DNA from: Octopus vulgaris
Lineage: Eukaryota
DNA length: 64,000 nucleotides
NCBI GenBank assembly: GCA_951406725.2
Contig: OX597818.1
Location: 63,922,001 to 63,986,000 of the forward strand
Direction of reading: 5' to 3'
A model generated the notes under the pieces. It had not been told where the DNA came from. It made no database searches and saw only the letters and a list, made by a program, of their open reading frames with translations. A program made the position numbers and the translations under genes. Shown piece by piece: positions 27,051-40,980 of the stretch (position 1 is the first letter of the stretch; every line of letters starts with the position of its first letter).

Positions 27051-27111
<61 letters not shown>

Positions 27112-27143
27112 AATAAGAAGGGACATATATGTGTGTGTATACA

Positions 27144-27197
<54 letters not shown>

Positions 27198-27352
27198 CAT
27201 ATAAGGTATATTATTATATGTATTACGTATATATATGCATGTATATGTGTATCTATATATACATATGTGTGTGTACATGTACATAAATTATATATATTTA
27301 TACACATACAGACAAACGCATATAGACATTCACCATCCACACACATATATGC

Positions 27353-27402
<50 letters not shown>

Positions 27403-27480
27403 ACATACATGCATGCATACATTTTTGCATAAATATATGTATACATACATACATACACACACACGCACACACACAAACAC

Positions 27481-27569
<89 letters not shown>

Positions 27570-29493
27570 CATCTCAGATTTCAACCTACATTGTGCACAA
27601 TATTTGTGATCATGTTCATTTGTGTATATAGTTGATTTCTGCACATTTTATTATTAATGGGAGATGACTTTTGGTTCTTTCATGATGTATAGTTGTGCAT
27701 ATATTTCGAAAGATTTTAGTCATATATATATATATATATAAGTATGTGCTCATGTCTATGTCTGCGTGTTTATATATATATGTTTATACATGGAAATTCA
27801 TGTGCGTACAGAAATACGCTTTTGTGTGTGTTTCTGCATATGTAAGTGTCTCTATCTTCTCATAAACTCGCATGTTATTCGTAAATACTTTCAAGTACAA
27901 TTACGCTTGACTTAATATATTTGTGCAGTCGTCTTTATATCAGTAAGCATGTTTTGGCTTTTGGCTCTGAGACAGAATATCTATAAATATATAAGCTTGG
28001 TAGTCAATGTAATTAGATATGTTCTAAAACATTACACTCCGATGTGTCCCATTAGGCATTTTTTAAATCCAGAATTACGACAAACAACTATTATATTAGG
28101 AAAGTGAGCATTGCTTGTATGACCTATCTTAAACGGGGTTCATATATTGATTTTATATTGATATATTATAATATGTATATGGAATATATTTTTATTTCAA
28201 TAAATTCCCATATATATTTGAAGTTACGGCAATTGCTGAAAAGAAAATGTGACCAAGTAATGATTTGGAACACGATTTCCTTTAAAACTAAATCTACACT
28301 ATTTTCATAATGAGCTGATTCAATGGAATCCATTCCTTCGCAGACGTGTTATTTCTTTCATATCACATCATTTTCTATATTCGTATATTTGATTTAATTT
28401 CCATTAAAACACACAAGACGCAAGTGCTATAAGAGCAATGCTTGAAATGATAACGCTTGTGAAACCTAATGGTGAAGAAGGCTTTGACAATATTACTAAA
28501 ATAAACATTTCTCGAGAAAAGACAAAGTAAATGATGTCTATACATTTTAGGTTATCCCAAACGCAACAATATCTCTTTGTCAAGAGGTTCGCCGTTTATT
28601 AGTTTTCCATTGATAGCGCCCGAAGAGAAGAGGACGGATACGATGTCTTGAAACTGACGATTCGACTATATGTATTATAACACCGGTAACGGTACCAAGC
28701 ACAAGTTTCTAGAGTGCAACTGAGCATGTTCCAAAGTTGATTTCGATAAAATATTAGCAGAGAATGAAGGGGACCTAAACAGGCAACCTAAGCTGATACT
28801 GGCCATGACATTCTGTCTGACACTCTAAAGAATACTTTCAGCCGATGCTATATGCACTAACTTTATTTATCCCCTGTTTGAAGGCGAAATCAAATTATAA
28901 CTTGGTGAGTTTAAAATGTACCTGAGATGTTATATTAGAAAGAAAATGTACAGCATTCATTTCGTGTTGTATAGAATATGTAATCATTATAAATTACTCA
29001 TATACCTTGTTATTTATGCAAATTAAAAACATGCTGAGAAATAGTAATTTATTTGCAAAAATTGTTTGAGAATATTCACCTTGATATTTATAATAAGAGT
29101 GACTTTAAGGGAAAAGAATGTCTCCTAAATGTCTGATGCTTCGAACTGATGACAATGTGCATTAATGCGATATTATATCAAGGAAAAAATTACGAGCAGA
29201 TATTATCCAGAATGTAAGTATTTGAAAGAGAAAAAAGACACTGGCAATTTTAGTAGGAGATTTGCACTACGAAAAATATTTACAGAGAAACTTGGTACTG
29301 CAGAAAATATACATACAGGTCATAAGGGAAACGGTAACAACATGGTATGAACAACAAGAATAATAATAATAAGTTTTCATCAGGAACTAAGAAAGAAAAT
29401 CTGCGAATACAGTGAGTATACATCTCGGCCTTCGCTTATACAATGACAAAATATCCAACACAAGAGCACAGAGGGAGCAGTAAAAAATAAAAT

Positions 29494-29890
<397 letters not shown>

Positions 29891-29892
29891 TA

Positions 29893-30182
29893 GAAATGCC
29901 CTACTGCAATGCAAGGCAGTGCCTCTTATGGCTTTTGATTACAACTGATTGGTATTATTATCATGCATATGCTTTTATCTTGGTATAGCAGAGGGGTTAC
30001 AGCAAATATCTTGCTCTATACCTCCGATTTGCTTATCAGTTGTTTGACCATAACCAGTTCAGCATGTTGTTTGGTGGCTGATGAAATGAGCATCTCTGGT
30101 CACGAGCAGAAGTAGTGGAGGTGTATCATAGCCATGTCTATAGATGAATTCTATGGGGTGTGAATAATTCACCTCTGAAAAC
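29893..30182 (+). repeat. dispersed repeat family E (TAA-associated), diverged copy
   Basis: From ~29990 it aligns to 48608-48800 (TACAGCAAATAT..GATTTGCTT..TCAGTTGTTTGACC..GAATAATTCACCTCTG). Confidence 0.75.
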
Positions 30183-30215
30183 CTACATATATATGAATAT
30201 ATACATGCACATATA

Positions 30216-30380
30216 GGTACAGGACATTAAAAAAACGTGGACATAATGAGAAACGAAAACATAAAAGCAAAAACGAATTTTGTTTCGAACAACGAAAGAA
30301 ACAGAGAACCGAGGTATGCAGCATAAAGAACATTCCGTTCATCAGTTGTCCTTGTTTCCTCTACTCCGAGCTTCGTATTG
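30216..30380 (-). repeat. dispersed repeat family D, copy 2
   Basis: GGTACAGGAC end and minus-strand GAAGCTCGGAGTA..CTGATGA block shared with the other D copies. Confidence 0.55.
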
Positions 30381-32173
30381 TTCAGTCTTTACAGCACTGG
30401 CTTCAGCTGGTGGTTTGGAATATACTGAGGAAGAGTGCAATAGGCAAAATAATCGGGGTCCTATAGTTAGATGTATTCACTTAATTGATGATGCGGAGCT
30501 CTGTGTGCATATTACTAAGATGTCGACGCTGTACAGGCGAGTGGCTGGTTTGATTCTGAGGCAATTCAGAACACAGAAAATGCACGAGTGTCAGAGGGTA
30601 TATAATAAACAAGAGAAGGCACCCTCGACAAATCAAGCGTCTGATGTGAAATTGTCCTGTAAGAACGCTGTTCATTGTGTCTATTAAGATCAACGGGGAT
30701 TTGCAGGGACCCTGTCTCAGTGAACAGTTATGAAACCGGCAGGTTTTAAAACTGCTAACAATCAATCAAGGTCGATACTAACGAATGCTGGTTGTTGCAA
30801 ATACACCAACTGACAAACCCGCATTTTTGTGCTTCATAACCATTCCACCGATACAAAAAGCTAACCTCTCTCTAAAATCTTGGTCAAAAGAGTTTAAACT
30901 CTGTATTAAACCTCATTATACATTGGACCTTATCTATGACATCACAAATTTGGGCGTTCTTTTCTAGCAGCCTTGCGAACGAGATAGGTAATTACTCGTT
31001 CTGCATGCATAAACGGTTGCAAGGAGTTCGCTAAAATTCTCTGGTATGTAACTGTCAATCTGGCAATGCCGATTCATTCAAACTATGAGATCTATTTATT
31101 GCAATAACTTTAACATCTCTTCTGCTTCATCAACAATTATTGGTCAATTGTTGTATTTTGGATCTACTGTCGAGAGCCCTAGCAGGCCAGCGATGTAAAT
31201 AAAATCCTATAACTGAATCTGACATATTGCCTACACAGAAAGTTGCCGCAATATGCTCCTGGAAATCTTCATTAAAATATTTAGGACCTAGCAGCAGAGT
31301 CCCATCATAGTTAATCGAAGACCAGTTCATAGTTTTGTTTGCATGTTTCTCATCCCGCTCAACGCATTTCATTCTTCCATATTTTAATGCAGGATTGTTA
31401 TAACTGCGATGGCAACTTCAGTGTTTCTCATAACAGGAATAGTAAAGAAACATTCCTGCCGCTAGCATTTTAGTTTATCACACATAATATATGATGACAA
31501 CGTTTTAAACTGAGACGTAAGGGATCTGCAAATTGTTATATGCTAATTCAACTTTGATAGAACTCATAGACAGAGCCCCGTCTACTGGAGGTTCAACGTG
31601 TGTTCAGCGACTAAAAATGACTCTAGACTAAGGAACTATTTAAACTGCATTTTACTGAGGAAATCTGCGAGAACAGTGACAAGAAATGTTAAAGAGTAAA
31701 TTAGATACGAACCGATATCATTCTATAAAGGGCTAATATTTAAAGGGCAACGTCTATTTAGCAAGTTAGAAGAGGGGAATATAAAATGCCTTGTTTACAC
31801 ATAAACACATACACACGCACACACAAAGACACACAAATATACAAATACACAGACGGGCGTTAACATATAAAATGAGAACATATTTAAAGGATAGAAAGAA
31901 AATAGTTCTCTGGATATATGGGTGTGTATAGATATAACTGTAAATATCTCAGATGCATATGATTCTCGCGGCAAGATTATTCGAATTTAACATACGCAAT
32001 ATTATGTATGTATCAGGAATGAGAACGCAAGATTTGCAATGCAGCATAAACACTCACATACACATCACACGCACGCACACGGTCACGATTTTTACATTCT
32101 TACATTTGTATATACACTAGGTTGCTTGTATGTATGTACTTACTTATGCATGTATGTATGTATGTCATACATA

Positions 32174-32214
<41 letters not shown>

Positions 32215-32358
32215 AATATATACATGTATCTAATTATATATATATATATAGATATATATACATGAATCTAATTATATATATAATTAGATACATGTAGTAC
32301 ATGTATATATGCCTATATATGTGTGTGTATATACATGTATCTAATTATATATATATAT

Positions 32359-32392
<34 letters not shown>

Positions 32393-35038
32393 TGAGAGAG
32401 ATATTTATATATGTATATCTGTGTGTATGTGTGTATGTATAAATGTATACACGTATATAATGATACATTAGTGATGCGTCTTTCAAGAAAAAGGAATAAG
32501 ACGTTTATATAACAATGGAGAAAATAGAAATTGCATGAAACTGCGAAAATGCTGTTAGCTGAGCTAATTTCCACATATTACACTGATAATAATACTGTTG
32601 CCAATGCAAAGTACTATTAAATGATGGAATGTATTTTTTTTCTTTCATGGCAAACACATTTTCGTTTAGCTGCTTTCTTATATCGTATTATTCGATGCAT
32701 TTCAGAAATGTTGCAGTTGCTGAAGATAAAGAATTGTGTCTCTTTATCTTATGATTACAGCTTTGAATAGAAACATTTTTTTTTCTGTCTGAAAATGCGC
32801 TTTGTATAATCTGTTACACATGCAAAACAAACCAAAAAATAAACTGTTTCAATAAAATGGAGGAGGATACGTTGAGATTACTTACATCTCATATACATTG
32901 CTTTCGCATGGAAAGTAATTACATAATCGTTGTGAAATAAATAAAAAAACATCATCCACAATCAGATACAAAATAAATATGCGCAGCATTAATCAGTTAA
33001 AGCATATTTTATTACAAAATTAGTTGAAATTTTATGTTTAAATTTTATTCATTTCTTTAAATTGGTAAACTCATCGAGCTTCCTTTAAATTACGGCTCCG
33101 ATATACGACTAATTGTTGTCTTTTGTATGACATTAATAAGTTATCAAATAGCGTTTTTGGTACGTTGAAAGCAGAAAATATTTTTCGAAAATATAAGCAA
33201 TACACAAGTGATATTTAATATCTCACTGATGAGAAATTAAAATTAATACATTGATAATATCAATTCAGAACCTTTAATAGAATATGCATACTCTGTTTGG
33301 TGTAGACTATAAATGTTTTCTAAATTTTGAATGGGTTAATTGATTTCATCCCATTCATAGACAATCATGTCCAATGCCGCGTCTCTTTCAGTGCGTTACA
33401 CATCTCTCATTTCGTTATCGATTTAACATAAAGATACGAATGCATTATTGAACGTCCTTGAACGAGAAGCATATTAATTTTTTTTTATATTGAATTAGTT
33501 TATTATATGCTACTAGAAATAGTAAGAGCGTTTACGTCGAATTATTACAAGAAATATAGCAGATGATTTAATATTCAAATTATAGATAAAATTTTGAATG
33601 ACAAAGTGTATCTTGAATTATCGTGTACATCTAGCAATGGAAACGGCTACCTAAAGTGACACATTGTCCTTATGAGGTGTTCACGTTAAATCGCTATAGT
33701 AATATACACGATATATTCCGGGTTATTAAAATCGATGTATTAATATTGTTTAATATGCGATTTGTGACATTTTAAAATATAAATTGCCAGGGATAATTAA
33801 CAAAGATATAGATACATATATATCTGAAATTAAAGAAAACACGTCATATTTATCACAAAATTTAAAGAAGTGTCTAACTTTGCGCCTATATAAATGGATA
33901 TCTGAAAATAAATACCCAATTTTCGGTCTTTTAACAAAATAGAATAGTATCCCAATTCAAGTGTTGTATAATTATTCAACATGAATATGATAAGAGTCAA
34001 ACAAACGCAGTATCCATAAAGAAACCCACAATTGCGTTTCGGTTATATATTAAACCTGATTGAGTGGACCAACGATGAAAGTGACTGAAAATCTGATCAT
34101 CTTATTCGAACGTATGCTATACCCGTATCAGCATTAAATACTTGCAGTTTCTCTATTTTTAAGGCGATTTATACTGAGTTAAGTTTGATATTAACTGTGT
34201 TTGAGCAACCACTGAGACAAAAAGTAGTTTGTTTTGCAGTATCCTTATAAAAAATAAAATACACAACGTTCGAATGAATTCAATATCTACTACATTTCAA
34301 AATGTCTCTCTTTCTCGCTACAGGATTTTTTTTTTTTCATAAAATAGCATGAAACAGCGTCATGTATTTATTATTATATTGTATTTTATATGTACGGAAT
34401 TATATATAATTTGATGTAATATTTATTCTGCTAATGACAAAATATATTCATAAAATCTCCAAGCGTTGTCTTGAGTGAATTTCAACAATCTATATCACGC
34501 AGTAACTAAACTATCAACATATGTGTTCTAATATTTTTCAACGTATTTTCGTCCTAATTCCATGACAAAACCGTAATAGAGTGGAACTCATTTTATCTTT
34601 CGAAAGTAGCTTATGGTTCAATGAAAGACGAATACCCTTAACATTATCCCGTTTCCGATTACTTAAAATATTTATTTCAATTAATCGATTTCGGGTAACA
34701 GAATTGCATTACCCTTAACATGCAGCTTTCTTTTTCACTAAGTATTTATTTCAAAATATCAAATATTCTTCAACTCATCATTGTTAACTGTCAACAAGGG
34801 TATGTTAATTAATTTTCAAAAGTAAGCCTATATCACCCGGCGTAATTCTGCTCTTCTTATATTTTCAGGCATTCATTTTCTATGAGTTTCATAAGCCCAA
34901 ATACAGCTAGAAATTTCTTCCTTCCAATGAAATTACATATATTTCGAAATTACATCTGAATATATCATAATGTTTTAAAAACTTGGATTTCTCTTGGAAA
35001 TCACAGACAGAAAATGAAATCATTTATATATATGTGTT

Positions 35039-35098
<60 letters not shown>

Positions 35099-37398
35099 CG
35101 TTTGTGTGTGTGTCTATATTATATATATATAATTTTTTATTGCATTTGTTTCATATATGCTATGTGTATTCATTTTGTAGTACTGGCCTGCTTATTTTGT
35201 CTCAAGTTTATGGCAGTACAACGATTGTCTATTTATAGGATTCTCTTATTGATTTGAACTTTTCCACACACTCATATATATATATGTGAAAACACTTTAA
35301 TTTTGTGTTTGATGCATTTTCCAGCTGAGTAATGAAGAACGATAATTCTTTGGAAAGCTTCCCATCATGTAACGCAGAATGGACATAAAATAAATATCGG
35401 TAAATATATTTCAATTTATTTTCTTGCCAAATTTCCTGGCGTGCCCTTATATTGTTTTCATTTCAGAAAGAATACCAACGGAAAAAAGAAAGAAAATAAA
35501 ACTATCTCGAGAATTAACTGAAAGCCATTTTTATGAACTATTTTTCATGACTGAAAGAAAATCTAATATCAAGTGTCATACTATATTGATATTAAGATAG
35601 TGTTAAATGATTATATTAATTTTTGATTCTAAATTAGAAATACGTAATTTATTGCAAAATGAGGTTGAAAGATTTATGAACATTAATTAGGAGCGATAAA
35701 CATATTTAATATTGATTAGAATTTCACTACTCGTATTTAATTTCCGTCATCAGACAGCCTTTTTATATCATAATAATATAGCAAACGATATTTAGATATA
35801 ACTAATCTCGTTAATTATTCTTGTATAATAAGAGCTCTTTATATTCTGTGAGAAGCGATGTATGCTACGCTAATATTGTAAATTCTACAATAAACCATGC
35901 TTATTTTTATTTTTTAATATTTTATTATAATGTGTAATCGAGTTAGCATTGACTCATTTTACAGAGATATGGCTAAAAAACTTGCGTATTCAAATATTTT
36001 TAAGTATACACTTCTTTTCAGAATACTAGTTCACAACCTCCATTATATAATGTAATTAATTTGACCATGAGGTTAAAATGATATTATCTATGTTGCTGTA
36101 CAATACAAAAAAGTTAGGGTTTATATTACCAATTAATTTGAAACCTTATATATAATGAATAACATTGAAACCAACACTGCTCATGCTCATTCACGAGCTT
36201 ACATCTACTTGCTTTCTTCATAATAGGATAAACACCGGTAGACATTAAGTAATATATATTAAGTAACATATATATATATATATTTGAGCGTACTGGAACC
36301 AAATTTATAAAGAAGAGAATATAGAAAAACAAGCTAATTAATTTTACGCGCTAATACAATTAATCAGTTTAATTACCTCGTACACTAATTTTGATTATTT
36401 ATAAGTTTTGTTCTGGAAAAATTTCGATTACGGGTGCAGATTACACGAGGGCGATATTGGCTTGCTTTTGAAAATTAATTGACGTGTCGTTGTTGGTATT
36501 TAAGGATTCGAGATTGCAGTTCAACAATGACGAGATGGAAAATATTGATATTTTGTGGTAAATATGAGATAGATTTTATTCTTTTCATTATAAAGGCAAT
36601 TGACGACCAATGCAAAATTATCAACTGAAATTAGGTAATTATCTCTGCTATTGGTAAGATAATGCCATGGAATTATGAAGGGTGTGCGACTTAGTGTAAG
36701 TGAATAATGGAAAGTTTTCAAGGGATGAATAACTTGCGGTAACAAAAACAAATGAAAGTATAAAGATCATACATAGAGGTAAATGCTTCCATGCCCAACA
36801 CATTCTTACTTAGAAGTCTGGACACAAACTGACATATATAGCTTGCAATGCATAGCATAGAAATAGCGATTATGCTTATAGGATCACAGGATAAACCACA
36901 AAGTCCACAACATCGCAAATCATTCAAACTGTAACTTTCACAGTAATCCTTTGGGAAACGTATAAGTGACCAAAGATATTCAACGGATCAAATATAAAGA
37001 AAGCTTTTCCATTGAAATAGGTTATAGGTGAGGTACTGAAAGCCAAGTGCAGGTAGTATTCTTTACTGAAATCCAAGTTGGATAGTATCCTGAAATGTAC
37101 GAGAAGGTTATCCCGAGTAGTGAGCTAGACATGGCAGGATGATGAACGAAGTAAAAGCATTACTGTTGAAGCTATGAGAAATACAATTGGCATCATTCTC
37201 AAGCAGAGAACTGCTTGGCATTCTAGTTGAGATCATCAAGTGAAGAAAAGGATCACATTGCCCCGTTTAAGTAAAGTAGTGCTAAAATTAAGGAACTGTC
37301 CTACAGAATATAGTAGACTGCAACATATTTACCCTGAACAATATCAAATGGAATTACGTCTCGTTACTGATCCGCTGCAAAATATTTCACTCAGGTGT

Positions 37399-38007
37399 TT
37401 CTTTTTTATTTCATTTTTAAAAATTTCATCTAGTTTCAGCTCACGAGCTGTGGCCATGCTGGGGCACCGCCATTTGAAGTTGCTACATGATTTTACTTCA
37501 CGAATGCTTTTTAGCAATTGACAGTTGGTGCATGAGAGAGTTTGATGCAGCTGCCCTCATCTCCACCTCCTGCCGCGAAGTTGGTTCATCTGGGACACCT
37601 GACAGTAAAAGGTCTAGCTTTATTTTGAAGACACCGACATCCAACCCATGCAGGTCCTTCGGGAGGATAATAAAGAGCTGTGGACCTCTGAAGCTTAGGC
37701 TATTGCAGTATCTTGTCCTACATCTTGATGGCAAATTTTGAGATCTTGGCACCCAGTTCTAGTATTTTATAACTCTCGATGACAAAGTTTGGGATAAATC
37801 TTTCCAGGATCTTCCAAATGTATATTCTGGCATATCTTTCTCGCCTACGCTCTAAGGAATAGAGTCGCAATCTCTTGAGTATTTCCCAATAGCTTATATG
37901 CTGCATAGAGGCTATCTTTTTCGTGTAGCTTCGTTGGATTGCTTCAAGTTCTGTGATTAATTTGACACTGGTTGGTGACCATAGTTGAGAGCAATAGTCA
38001 AAGTGGT
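37399..38007 (-). mobile_element. CR1/L2-like LINE 3' fragment (ORF2 C-terminus plus 3' UTR), pseudogenised
   Basis: Peptides HFDYCSQLWSP, SYWEILKRLRLYSLERRRERY and FKIKLDLLL..VPDEP are typical of the post-RT region of CR1-group LINEs; frameshifted; short 3' UTR with a stem-loop. Confidence 0.8.
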
Positions 38008-38200
38008 ATATATATATATATATATATATAATTTATAAAAATATGGTAAAGTAAAAGAATTCACTTTACCACATTTTTATAAATTAATACTTCAAATATA
38101 CCGTAAATGGTCTTTACATACCGAATACTGCTTGGTCGAATTTATTAACAATTAATTAATTCGACCCCCTTTTTTGATAACTATATATATATATATATAC

Positions 38201-38328
38201 ACCACTTTGACTATTGCTCTCAGCTATGGTCACCAACCAGTGTCAAATTAATCTCAGAACTTGAAGCAAACCAACGAAGCTACACGAAAAAGACAGCCTC
38301 TATGCAGCATATAAGCTATTGGGAAAGA

Positions 38329-38331
<3 letters not shown>
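38201..38331 (+). mobile_element. inverted duplicate of the 5'-most 131 bp of the CR1-like fragment
   Basis: Reverse complement of 37877-38007; translates HFDYCSQLWSPTSVKLISELEANQRSYTKKTASMQHISYWERL. Confidence 0.85.
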
Positions 38332-38374
<43 letters not shown>

Positions 38375-39381
38375 ACTTTGTTTTGAGCGCATCTCCCCTG
38401 TTTGTTGATTTTTGCGATTGTTGAAACGAAGAAACAGCCTGCTTCAGTGAAAATTTGCTTTCGGCCGAAACACTTGTGACGTTTCAAAAAGTTTCTATGT
38501 GTAAAACATTTGTCACTTGAAATCCTTCCTCGTTCAGGACATTCATTCAGTCGACCTCCCGAACGAATGAAGGTATCGTGAAAATGGCGAATACTTTGAA
38601 GTCGATGTAAGTGCAAACGTTTAAAAGTAAGTGAATAAAATAATATTGCAAAATTCAGGTTTCTTTTACTTCTTATACTTACATATATATGTATGTGTGT
38701 GTGCGCAAATGTGTGTGCACATACACACACATACACATACACACGCGCACACATACATATATGTACACATGTGCGAGGACAGACGGCCTGCGAGTGTCGG
38801 TAATGTGGGAAAACTGGAGATATTTTAATTTTGATTGTATAATTCATGTTGATATTCATGAGTTACAGCTTAAAAAGAAATGATTCCCTGGCCAATAAGT
38901 TAAGCACACGGTCCAAATAAAAAATAAGTTTCTACCAAGCAAAGTTCTCAGTTTGCTGTCACTTGAAATGATACACTGTTTTTCACCAAAATATTGAATT
39001 TACGACGTATTCTAAGAAATTATCTTACCTGACGTAATTCTGTTCCTTTTAATGATATCCCAGGTCATATTTGAAGAATCAGCATGTTGTCCCCTAAAAT
39101 GTTGAACTTATCAAATCTGATCTAATCAACACATAAGTATTTTTCTGTAGAGTTACATGCAACCACGCAAAGTATATTATTACCACCACACCAGAAAGAG
39201 AACACGAAAGATCTGCAAAAGTAGCTCGCACTGTTCAAACAAGATAGGCTTCCGAAAAATCGCTTTAATTGTCACACCCACAGATACAGAAACAAAGGGC
39301 AAAACAATTAAGCCATTAGCATGACATACGGAAGAATATGCCCTATCTCATAAAGTGTTTTAACGGTACTGAAACATCTAA

Positions 39382-39856
39382 GGCGACGAGCTGGCAGAAA
39401 TGTTAGCACGCCGGGCGAAATGCGTAGCAGTATTTTGTCTACCGTTACGTTCTGAGTTCAAATTCCGCCGAGATCAACTTTGCCTTTCATCCTTTCGGGG
39501 TCGAAAAAATAAGTACCAGTTACGCACTGGATCGATGTAATCGACTTAATCCGTCTGTCTGTCCTTATTGTCCTCTCTGTGTTTAGTCTCTTGTGGGTAG
39601 TAAAGAAATAGGTACTGAAACATCTAAGGCGGCGAGCTGGCAGAAATGTTAGCACGCCGGCCAAATGCGTAGTTGTATTTTGTCTGCCGTTACGTTCTGA
39701 GTTCAAAATCCGCCGAGGTCAACTTTGCCTTTCATCCTTTCGGGGTCGAAAAAATAAGTACCAGTTACGCAATGGGGTCGATGTAATCGACTTCATCTGT
39801 TTGTCTGTCCTTACTGTCCTCTCTGTGTTTAGTCCCTTGTGGGTAGTAAAGAAATA
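39382..39856 (+). mobile_element. SINE family B tandem dimer, period 246 bp
   Basis: GGTACTGAAACATCTAA occurs at 39365, 39611 and 39857, bracketing two near-identical copies. Confidence 0.92.
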
Positions 39857-40598
39857 GGTACTGAAACATCTAAACTTTTAACTTATCTCAATTAACAATC
39901 GAAACAATTCCATATAATGGCTGAAGAGTATGATTTTTATTCATCAATATCTGCATACCACAATACTAGACAGAGAAACCATGCCCATCATCAATACATA
40001 CGAAAGAGTAACAAGTGCAGGACAGACATCTCGACACGGACAGAATTTAAGGCCTAGCTGGTGTGAACATAACTTATATGGAAATCATTTCTAATTCTGT
40101 CAAGATCTCTGACAAATGTGGCTTTCCAATTAAATCGGTGCAAGAGTTCATAGAGCGCACGACCTCCATTAAAAGATCAAAGACAATTTATCGAGCGTAG
40201 CTTTTGTAGCTTCTGTGATAATAATGAATGCCTTGCCCTTTGTGCTTGATTTCAAACGTGTGTGAAAAACACATACATAACACAATATATAAAGCCACAA
40301 ATTTAAATATATTGGAAGACAAATACCCAGTCTTCATGACAAGATGCTAACCTATATGTTCTCAAGAAGTTCCATGTTCAATAACCGACAAAATCATATG
40401 GATGTTACACAACGAATCAAGAACTGTGTATTTATAGGGAAAATATAAAGAGCATATCTGATTAAGAAATCAACCGCAAGAGTAGTACATATTTCAGGCA
40501 TGCATACAGCTGCGACATATAAGTCTGTTCCATAGTATCTTGTCATACTCGTTAAGAAAATCATCCCAAACAGGAAGAAGTCCTGCCGGGCTTTTTAC

Positions 40599-40620
40599 AC
40601 TCACCTGAAAATGAAAAATA
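40599..40620 (-). promoter_or_regulatory. candidate recursive splice site (3'ss immediately followed by 5'ss)
   Basis: Minus strand TATTTTTCATTTTCAG|GTGAGT. Confidence 0.35.
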
Positions 40621-40810
40621 TGCGATGTTCAATTTATATAAAAAGACCAGTTTTTTATTTATCACTAAGTCGACGTGGTCATCTATAGTTGTACAAACAC
40701 ACATCCACACGCATACCCACACACATACATACACAGACAACCACATATACAGAGCGAGAGACAGATATATATATATATATATATATATATTCATTCCTTT
40801 CTCTCTCTCT

Positions 40811-40851
<41 letters not shown>

Positions 40852-40930
40852 TATATATATGTATATATACTTATTCATATACACACACATATATATACAT
40901 ATATACATCTATAATATACATATATTTATT

Positions 40931-40980
<50 letters not shown>

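Noticed and set aside
32218-32350. Local direct and inverted copies of TACATGTATCTAATTATATA
   Set aside because: Explained by slippage and fold-back within a (TA)n tract.
35715-35760. Minus-strand CTGATGA...GAAA motif
   Set aside because: No convincing stem I or stem III.
38254-38859. 201-aa minus-strand ORF with a non-repetitive middle
   Set aside because: Spans microsatellites and antisense LINE sequence; no recognisable domain or convincing splice signals.
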